From Candidatus Sulfomarinibacteraceae bacterium (GTDB taxonomy: Bacteria > Chloroflexota > Limnocylindria > Limnocylindrales > CSP1-4), in assembly GCA_035466655.1 (NCBI GenBank), contig DATIUS010000077.1, forward strand, positions 1-40,017: 40,017 nt of DNA, read 5' to 3'. Every line of letters begins with the position of its first letter. The stretch's first letter is position 1. This document shows positions 32,133 through 38,851 of the stretch, piece after piece. The position numbers and the translations under genes were made by a program. The notes under the pieces are model-generated. The model made no database searches. It saw only the letters and a program-made list of their open reading frames with translations, and was not told where the DNA came from.

Positions 32133-34862
32133 TCAGACCGGCGGGAGCTCCTGGAGGTCCGTCTGGGCGCCGCCGAAGCGGTCGCCGACCTCGGCCACCC
32201 GCCGAAGGACGGTCCGGATCGTCCAGCGATCCGGGCGCAGGTCGGGGTCGTCCAGCTCGTCCCAGGCGATCGGCGCGGAGACGGGCGCGCCGGGCGCCGG
32301 ACGCACCGCGTACGGCGCCACGAGCGTCTTGATCGGCGCGTTCTGCGTGTAGTCGAGGCGGGCCCGGCCGCCCCGGTTGCCCTTCGACCACTCCCACGAG
32401 ACGAGGTCCGGGACGACCGCGCCGACGGCCCGCGACAGTCGCTCCACCCAGTCGGTGGTCTGGCCGGAGTCGTACTTCGGCACGACCGGGACCCAGATCT
32501 GCACGCCGCGCTGGCCGGTCACCTTCGGGTAGCCGCGCACGCCGAGGTGGCCGAGCGCCGTCCGGAAGAGCCGGGCGAGGACGAGCGTCTCATCCCAGGT
32601 CGTGCCCGTCCCGGGGTCGATGTCGATGAGCGCGAAGGTTGGCCGGAACGGGGCATCGAGGCGCGAGGTCCAGGCGTGGATCTCGAAGGCGGCCTGGTTG
32701 CCGAGCCAGCAGAGCGTCGCCACGCGGTCGGCGACGACGTGCTCGTTCGCGTCGCGTGCCTCGACGCCGACCTCGCGCCAGCGGCGGATCCACGGCGGGT
32801 CGGTGGTCCGCAGGTTCTTCTGCCAGAAGCCCGGCCGGCCTGCGCCGTCCGGGAAGCGGTGGAGGTTGAGCGGGCGCTCGGCGAGGTGCGGCAGGATCAC
32901 GGGCGCGATCCGGGCGAAATAGCCGACGAGCTCTCGCTTCGTCACCGGGCCGGCCGGATCGCCGTCGCGCGGCGCGAAGATCGGCTTGTCGAGGTTGGTG
33001 AGCCGAAGATCCACGCCGCCGACCCGCCAGGTGCCCTCCCGGCCGAGTGCGTCCAGCGCGGCCAGCTCGTCTTCGGTCGCCGCCCACGGATGGAGATGGG
33101 CGGGCTCGACGGGGCGGGCTGGTGGGAGCTCAGCCTCGATCGATGCGACAGCGGTTCGCGTCTCGATGGCGCGTTCGCGCGTCACCTCGAGCGGATCGCG
33201 CCCGGCCTCGAGCCCCTTGAACGCGGCCTGGCGGACGAGCCCGTCACGGCTCCACCCACCGAGCTCGGCGCGGATCACCAGTTCAGGGCGGACCCAGGTG
33301 ACGCTGGCCAGGTCGCCTCCCCACCGTCCGCGATGGTCCTTCGGCGGGGGTGGGTCGAACGGAGGGTCGGGCGCCTCGAGCTCCGCGAGGCGACGCCGCA
33401 GATCGGCTCGCGACTTCGCCGTGAAGCCTGAGCCGACCTTGCCGGCAAAGCGGAGACGGCGCGCGGCGTCCCCGTCGGCGCCGTCGGCCTCGTAGTACCC
33501 GACCACGATGGCTCCAAGCTCCCTCGCGCTCCCCTCGCCCGGCGTCCAGCCCCCGACGACCAGCTCCTGCTCGGGGCGGATCTTCAGCTTCAGCCAGGCC
33601 CTCGAACGGGTGCCCGGTTCGTAGACGGACCGGCGGTGCTTCGCGATCGCCCCCTCGAGGCCCTGCGCCGCGCACGCCTCGAGGAACGCCACGCCCTCCG
33701 TCTCGACGTGACTGGCATAGCGGACGCGGGAGCCCTCCCGAAGCACGGACCGGAGGAGCCGCTTCCGATCCTCGAGCGGGACCCGCAGGAGGGAACGCCC
33801 ATCGAGGTAGAGGAGGTCGAACGCCTGGTAGACGAGTCCGTGGGCTGCACCACCACCCTGCCCCTTCACCCCGATCCGCTCCTGGAGGAGCGAGAAGTCC
33901 GGCCGGCCGGCGTCGTCGAGGGCCACGACCTCGCCATCGACGATCGCCTCGCGCGCATCGAGCCAGGTCGGTGGAGCGAGGAGGCGGGGGAAGTAGGCAT
34001 CGCCGTCCTTGCCGTTTCTCGTGTACGTCCGAACCTTGCCGTCCCGGACGGCGGCCTGGAGCCGGTAACCGTCCCACTTCACTTCAAACAGCCAGTCGTC
34101 GTCCCGGAAGGCCCGGCCGGCGAGCGTCGCAGCCATGGGCTCGACGAAGGCCGGCATCGGTGCCTCGATCGCGTTCGCGAGATCGATCCGGGCGGTCGCC
34201 GCGGGTGCTTCACTCACCCAGATCGCGTCACGCTCCGCCCGGACCTCGTCGTTCGTCCGGCCGGTCTTGACGCTCTGCGGGTGATCCTCGGCGTCCCAGC
34301 CCGGTGCGGCGTGCTCGTCCCGTTTGTGAATGAGCAGCCACTGCTCAGCCTCGTCGTCCTCGAACGGGCGCGCGCTCCGGTCCGCGTCCGGGCCTGGCTT
34401 CCCGCGTCCGCGCCCGCTCGTCCGGACGATCGTGAACCGGCCGCGGAGCTTCTGGCCATCCAGGCGGAACTTCAGCTCGCCGTCCGCGACGCCGCGGGAT
34501 CCGTCCGGCGTCTCGGCTTCGGCGGCCCAGGTTCCCCAGTCCCAGACGATGACGTCCCCGGCGCCGTACTGGCCCTTCGGGATGACCCCCTCGAAGTCGA
34601 GGTACTCGATCGGATGGTCTTCGACGTGAAGGGCCATGCGGCGCGCGGATGGGTCCAGCGTCGGCCCGCGGGGCACGGCCCAGGAGGCGAGGACGCCGTC
34701 GATCTCGAGGCGGAAGTCGTAGTGCAGCCGAGTGGCGCGGTGCCGCTGGACGGCGAACCGGCCGCGCGACGCGGGCGCGACGGGACGCCCTGCCTCGACC
34801 GCGCCTTTGGGCTCCGGCGTCCGGGCGAAGTCCCGCTTGCGCCGATAGTCGTCGAGTGGCAT
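32133..34862 (-). CDS. ligD: Multidomain ATP-dependent DNA ligase LigD (phosphoesterase - ligase - polymerase/primase order)
   Basis: Track ORF 32133..34880. Start taken as MPLDDYRRKRDFARTPEPKG (ATG 34862). Contains the PE domain (RFAVQRHRATRLHYDFRLE), ligase motif I (FEVKWDGYR, Lys near nt 34077..34079) and a C-terminal Pol domain (LHRFPDGAGRPGFWQKN, YTQNAPIKTLVAPYAVR). Confidence 0.92.
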   Translation of the reverse strand: MPLDDYRRKRDFARTPEPKGAVEAGRPVAPASRGRFAVQRHRATRLHYDFRLEIDGVLASWAVPRGPTLDPSARRMALHVEDHPIEYLDFEGVIPKGQYGAGDVIVWDWGTWAAEAETPDGSRGVADGELKFRLDGQKLRGRFTIVRTSGRGRGKPGPDADRSARPFEDDEAEQWLLIHKRDEHAAPGWDAEDHPQSVKTGRTNDEVRAERDAIWVSEAPAATARIDLANAIEAPMPAFVEPMAATLAGRAFRDDDWLFEVKWDGYRLQAAVRDGKVRTYTRNGKDGDAYFPRLLAPPTWLDAREAIVDGEVVALDDAGRPDFSLLQERIGVKGQGGGAAHGLVYQAFDLLYLDGRSLLRVPLEDRKRLLRSVLREGSRVRYASHVETEGVAFLEACAAQGLEGAIAKHRRSVYEPGTRSRAWLKLKIRPEQELVVGGWTPGEGSARELGAIVVGYYEADGADGDAARRLRFAGKVGSGFTAKSRADLRRRLAELEAPDPPFDPPPPKDHRGRWGGDLASVTWVRPELVIRAELGGWSRDGLVRQAAFKGLEAGRDPLEVTRERAIETRTAVASIEAELPPARPVEPAHLHPWAATEDELAALDALGREGTWRVGGVDLRLTNLDKPIFAPRDGDPAGPVTKRELVGYFARIAPVILPHLAERPLNLHRFPDGAGRPGFWQKNLRTTDPPWIRRWREVGVEARDANEHVVADRVATLCWLGNQAAFEIHAWTSRLDAPFRPTFALIDIDPGTGTTWDETLVLARLFRTALGHLGVRGYPKVTGQRGVQIWVPVVPKYDSGQTTDWVERLSRAVGAVVPDLVSWEWSKGNRGGRARLDYTQNAPIKTLVAPYAVRPAPGAPVSAPIAWDELDDPDLRPDRWTIRTVLRRVAEVGDRFGGAQTDLQELPPV

Positions 34863-34920
34863 GGCCGACAGTGTGGGCAACGGACGCGACCGACGTCCAA
34901 TGCCGCGACCATCAGAGCAC

Positions 34921-34926
34921 TATACT
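34921..34926 (+). promoter_or_regulatory. Candidate -10 hexamer TATACT, 6 nt before ATG 34933 (second antitoxin; leaderless-type)
   Basis: Read directly. Confidence 0.55.
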
Positions 34927-34932
34927 GGTGCC

Positions 34933-35214
34933 ATGCGAGTGATGCGCGCCCTCGAGGTGCGGGCCAGGTTCGGGGAAGTGATCGACGCCGCCGCGGCCGG
35001 CGACCGGATCGTCATCGAGCGCGCCGGCCACCCGATCGCGGTGATCGTGCCCCTCTCCGATCTCGACGCGGTCGACCCTGAGCGCGTGCGGCAACGACAG
35101 GGCGAGGCGTTCGACCACCTCCTCCGACTGGCGAGGCAGGCGCGATCCGAAGGGATTCCCGTTACGGGCGAAGTCGCGGTGCGCGCCGATCGCGACCGGG
35201 GAAGCCCTGAATGA
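34933..35214 (+). CDS. Type II antitoxin (Phd/YefM-like) paired with VapC
   Basis: 3' part of track ORF 34861..35214, from ATG 34933: MRVMRALEVRARFGEVIDAAAAGDRIVIERAGHPIAVIVPLSD. TATACT lies 6 nt upstream. The stop overlaps the vapC start (ATGA). Confidence 0.8.
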   Translation: MRVMRALEVRARFGEVIDAAAAGDRIVIERAGHPIAVIVPLSDLDAVDPERVRQRQGEAFDHLLRLARQARSEGIPVTGEVAVRADRDRGSPE

Positions 35215-35633
35215 CGCTGCTCGTCCACCCCGTTCCGGTCGTGGTCGACGCGTCGGTGGCGGTCGACCTGGTCGGCGCGGGAGACCCTGACGTGGCCGCA
35301 GCCTGGCGCACCTGGAGTGACGAGCGACGACTGCGGCTCGCCCCGGTGATGCTCTGGCCGGAGCTCGCCAACGCGCTGCTCCGATCGAGACGCCTGCCCG
35401 GTCTCCTCGTCGCCGAGCTGGTCGCGGCGTTCGCCGCGTCAGGGATCGAGATTGCCGACCGCGGTGCCGCCGGCGTCCGCGAGGCCATCCTGCTCGCGGA
35501 ACGCCACGACCTCACGATCTACGACGCGATGTACCTCTGGCTCGCGATCGATGTGGACGGCGAGCTGGCGACGCGGAACCGTGCGCTCGTGCGGGCGGCG
35601 GCTGCCGAGGGCGTGCCGCTCGCGCTTTCCTGA
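35211..35633 (+). CDS. vapC: PIN-domain ribonuclease toxin VapC
   Basis: 140 aa. VVVDASVAVDL (first acidic residue) and LTIYDAMYLWLA are PIN-like segments. Translationally coupled to the antitoxin. Confidence 0.85.
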   Translation: MTLLVHPVPVVVDASVAVDLVGAGDPDVAAAWRTWSDERRLRLAPVMLWPELANALLRSRRLPGLLVAELVAAFAASGIEIADRGAAGVREAILLAERHDLTIYDAMYLWLAIDVDGELATRNRALVRAAAAEGVPLALS

Positions 35634-35643
35634 TCCTCCTGGG

Positions 35644-36576
35644 TCACGCGCTCTTCCGACGGCGCGCGGGCTTCGCCTCCTCGGCCGTGGCGTCGGGGGT
35701 GTCGGCCGCACGCGCCGCACGTTCCTCCGACCCGGCCCGCTTCGCCTTGGCGTCGGAGACCGAGACGGGCGGGGGCGTGCCGGCGTCACGGGCAGCCCTG
35801 GCGGCCTTCACGCTCGCCTCGAGGGCAGCCATCAGGTCCACGAGGTTCGACGGCTCGGCCGCTGCCGGCGCGGCCGCGACCTCGCGACCCTCGACCTTCG
35901 ACTCGATGATCTGCATGAGGGCCGCCCGGTACTCATCCTGGTAGCTCGCCGGGTCGAACTCGCCGGTCATCGTCCCGATCAGCTGCTCCGCCATCGCCTT
36001 CTCGGCGGGCTTGATCTCGGGTTCGTCGGTCGGCAGGTCCAGGTCGCCGAGCGCCCGGATCTCGTCCGGCCAGTAGAGCGTGGAGAGGACCATCGTCGTG
36101 TCGTACGGATCGAGGGCGGCGAGCGCCTCCCGGTCCTTGATCACGACCTTGCAGATCGCCGTGAGGGCCTTGTCCTGGAGCACGGACCTGAGGAGTGCGA
36201 AGGCCTTCCGGCCGATCCTGTCCGGCTCGATGTAGTAGGCCTGCTTCACAAACTTCGTGTGGGTCGCCGCGGCTTCCGATTCGACAAACTGCTCGATCTC
36301 GATCGAGCGGACGGTCTTGAGCGGCAGCGACTCGAGGTCCTCGTCCGTGATGACGACGTACTCACCGGGCGCGTACTCGAAACCCTTGACGGTCTCGGAG
36401 CGCGGAATGACCTCCTCCTCGACGGGGCAGAAGATCTTCATCTGGATCCGGGAGAGGTCCTCGGCATGGAGGAGGTTGAAGCTCACGCCGGCCCGCGATT
36501 CGGTGGCCACGTAGAGCTTCACGGGGATCGTGACGAGGCCGAACTGGATGGCCCCCTTCCACATCGCGCGCGCCAC
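35644..36576 (-). CDS. ku: Ku protein (NHEJ DNA end-binding)
   Basis: Track ORF 35644..36702. The canonical N-terminus is (V)ARAMWKGAIQFGLVTIPVKLYVAT. The C-terminal tail is Lys/Arg/Ala-rich. GTG 36576 is chosen because GAGGA lies 6 nt upstream. Confidence 0.92.
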   Translation of the reverse strand: MARAMWKGAIQFGLVTIPVKLYVATESRAGVSFNLLHAEDLSRIQMKIFCPVEEEVIPRSETVKGFEYAPGEYVVITDEDLESLPLKTVRSIEIEQFVESEAAATHTKFVKQAYYIEPDRIGRKAFALLRSVLQDKALTAICKVVIKDREALAALDPYDTTMVLSTLYWPDEIRALGDLDLPTDEPEIKPAEKAMAEQLIGTMTGEFDPASYQDEYRAALMQIIESKVEGREVAAAPAAAEPSNLVDLMAALEASVKAARAARDAGTPPPVSVSDAKAKRAGSEERAARAADTPDATAEEAKPARRRKSA

Positions 36577-36682
36577 GGCAGGTCCTCGTACTCGCGACTC
36601 CGTGCCCGGCGGAGTCGGGACCGAGACGATACCACCGGTCCGCAACGGGTCCGACGCCCACTGCCGCGACGATCTGGGCCGA

Positions 36683-37945
36683 TCAGGCGACGGCGGAGGC
36701 AAGCTCCCGTTCCGCGCGGGCGATCTGCGCCGCGATCCCCTCGCGCATCCGGTCCAGCGCCGCGGTGACCTGGCCGGCCGTCGTCCCGATGGCGGTGAGC
36801 TGGACCTTCATGGCTCGGACCGCCTCGAGCTGCTCGCGGATCCCCGTCAACGCCTCGCCGATCGCGGCGGCATCGACCTCCGCCTCCCGCTCCCGAAGGC
36901 TGGCCAGCGCCAGCAAGCGCGCGAGGCGCACCGCGGCTTCGAGCGTGGCCGGCGCCGGATCCGCGGGATCGACGACGCAGTAGACGTCACCCGCCCGGAC
37001 GTCGAACGGGGCGATGCCCGTCGGCGCGTGCGATGGCGTGAAGACCACGAGTCCCACGGCGGCGTCCCGGTTCGCGCGCGCCTCACGCAGCTCATCGCGC
37101 ATCTCGCGCCCGGAGACCTTGCGATCCTTCGCCTCGACCACGATCCGGAGCTCGGCGCCGCGCGTCAGGTTGGGATCCAGGGTCAGGACGAAGTCGCCCT
37201 TCTTCGAGCGTCCGGCATCCCCGGCATCGGTGCCGGTCCGCTCGAGCAGGTCGTTGGCGCCGCGGGCGATCTCGCCCAGCATCGTGTCGAGGAGCTCCTC
37301 GAAGTCGCCGCCCTTCGCCGTGGACCTCGCCCGCTCACCTGCCCGAGCGGCCGCTGCGGCCTCGATCGCCACGAGCTTCTCCTCGAGTGCCTTGAAACCG
37401 GCCGCCACCTCTGTCCGGAACTGGTGGAGGGGCGAGCCGAGCCGCGTGGGATCGAGGAGGGTTGCCAGCCGCGACGCGTCGCCGTCGAAGTACGCCTCCA
37501 GCATCGTCGAGATCTGCCCGATCGCCGAGTCGCGGCGCTGCGGATCGAACAGCTCCTCGACCATCGAGTGGAGCTTGCCGCGATCGCCGAGGAACGCCTC
37601 AAGCGTTCGCGGCAGCCGCCCGTCACCGTCTCCGAAGTTGGCCCGCAGGACACCCTCGAGGGCTTCCGCCGCGCGGTCGTTCGCCCGGCGGCTCTGCTCG
37701 GCGAACCGCTCGAACTCCGAGCGGACGGCATCCAGGTTCAACGTGACACCCACGCCCTGGAGCGCGGTCAGGCCGATCCGGAGGGCCCGTTCGACCAGGG
37801 CAGCGCGTTCGTCCTCCGGCTGGCCGGCGAGCCAGGACGCGAGGCCCGGATCGACGACCGTGAGGCGGTCGACGAGGATTCGATCCGCGTCCACGCGGAT
37901 CGACGGGTCCGGCCGGTTCGGGAGGGCGACGAGTCGGGCTTCCAT
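36683..37945 (-). CDS. Uncharacterised protein with RmuC/DUF2130-like PD-(D/E)xK nuclease-fold core flanked by helical regions
   Basis: Track ORF 36683..37975. The core is KGGDFEELLDTMLGEIA...KKGDFVLTLDP...ELRIVVEAKDRKVSGREMRDELREARANRDAAVGLVVF. This gives E...D...E-x-K spacing like RmuC/DUF2130 family nucleases (nt about 37016..37324). The flanks are Ala/Leu/Glu/Arg-rich helical regions. ATG 37945 is preferred because GAGGA lies 8 nt upstream; GTG 37975 is the maximal ORF. Confidence 0.7.
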   Translation of the reverse strand: MEARLVALPNRPDPSIRVDADRILVDRLTVVDPGLASWLAGQPEDERAALVERALRIGLTALQGVGVTLNLDAVRSEFERFAEQSRRANDRAAEALEGVLRANFGDGDGRLPRTLEAFLGDRGKLHSMVEELFDPQRRDSAIGQISTMLEAYFDGDASRLATLLDPTRLGSPLHQFRTEVAAGFKALEEKLVAIEAAAAARAGERARSTAKGGDFEELLDTMLGEIARGANDLLERTGTDAGDAGRSKKGDFVLTLDPNLTRGAELRIVVEAKDRKVSGREMRDELREARANRDAAVGLVVFTPSHAPTGIAPFDVRAGDVYCVVDPADPAPATLEAAVRLARLLALASLREREAEVDAAAIGEALTGIREQLEAVRAMKVQLTAIGTTAGQVTAALDRMREGIAAQIARAERELASAVA

Positions 37946-38006
37946 GCGCCGCATCCTCGCCGGGCCGTGTGCCACCTAGGCTGGCACGATCGAAGCGGCG
38001 GCTGCT

Positions 38007-38411
38007 TCAACTTCCCCGATAGGTCGTCAGGGAATAGGCGGACAAGAGCAGCGGCACGTGATACGACCGCGATACGTCGTCGACCCGCAGCTCGAGCGTC
38101 ATCCGTCGGAAGAACCGGTCGTCGCCGGTCCCGGGCCCACGAACCCCGGCGAGGTTGAACTCGAGCCGGTAGATCCCCGGTGACATCGGACGCCCGAGGA
38201 GGTCCCGGATCCGTCCATCGCCGTCGGTCAGCGCCTGCGTCAGGCGGATCGGCCGGTCGTCCTCGCCGAGCTTGTACAGGCTGACGTGGATGCCCGAGGC
38301 CGGCAGACCGGCGCCCGAATCCAGGACGTGCGTCGAGATCGTCGGTCTCGTCGGAATGGCAGACGAGGCCGTCTGCGGCGCGTCGGGTGTTTCCGGGCCG
38401 GTGCTGGCCAC
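38007..38411 (-). CDS. uraH: 5-hydroxyisourate hydrolase (transthyretin-like)
   Basis: 134 aa. ISTHVLDSGAGLPASGIHVSL, HVPLLLS, and the diagnostic C-terminal YRGS tetrapeptide. GTG 38411 has GGAGG 4 nt upstream. Carries an N-terminal extension of about 24 aa. Confidence 0.85.
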   Translation of the reverse strand: MASTGPETPDAPQTASSAIPTRPTISTHVLDSGAGLPASGIHVSLYKLGEDDRPIRLTQALTDGDGRIRDLLGRPMSPGIYRLEFNLAGVRGPGTGDDRFFRRMTLELRVDDVSRSYHVPLLLSAYSLTTYRGS

Positions 38412-38412
38412 G

Positions 38413-38418
38413 TATCCT
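38413..38418 (+). promoter_or_regulatory. Candidate -10 hexamer TATCCT, 7 nt before ATG 38426 (DUF3830-like gene)
   Basis: Read directly. Lies in the 14-nt gap between the divergent start codons. Confidence 0.45.
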
Positions 38419-38425
38419 CCGGGTC

Positions 38426-38851
38426 ATGGGAACGCTGAAGATCACGGTCGGCGACGACCTCCACTTTACCGCCCGCTGGGAGCCCGGGGCGCCGGGGACG
38501 ATCGAGGCCATCCGGCGGATGCTCCCGATCGACGGCCGGCTCATCCACTGCCGCTGGTCGGGCGAGTCCACCTGGATCCCGTACGGCGACTTCCGCCCGG
38601 GCATCGACTACGAGAACCACACCTCGCACCCGGCGCCGGGCATGCTCGCGATGTACCCCGGCGGGATCAGTGAGTGCGAGATCTTCTTCCCCTACGGCGC
38701 CTGTACGACGTCGTCCAAGGTGGGCCAGCTGGCGGCGAACCACTTCGCCTCGATCGTCCCCGACGAGGGATGGGGGGACCGCCTGCGCGAGGTCGGGCGG
38801 CGCGCGCTCTGGGACGGGGCGCAGCGCATCCGGATCGAAGAGGTCGAATGA
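38426..38851 (+). CDS. DUF3830-like (cyclophilin-like fold) protein
   Basis: Track ORF 38387..38851. The conserved part MGTLKITVGDDLHFTARWEPGAPGTIEAIRRMLPIDGRLIHCRWSGESTWIPYG resembles DUF3830 proteins found in ureide/hydantoin clusters. ATG 38426 has TATCCT 7 nt upstream. Confidence 0.7.
   Translation: MGTLKITVGDDLHFTARWEPGAPGTIEAIRRMLPIDGRLIHCRWSGESTWIPYGDFRPGIDYENHTSHPAPGMLAMYPGGISECEIFFPYGACTTSSKVGQLAANHFASIVPDEGWGDRLREVGRRALWDGAQRIRIEEVE

Noticed and set aside
36683-37945. Assigning the PD-(D/E)xK-like protein to a named anti-phage system such as Shedu.
   Set aside because: Only a generic nuclease-fold motif can be seen by eye. The domain is central rather than C-terminal, and no other defence genes or mobile-element markers are nearby. 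The ku linkage is the only contextual clue.
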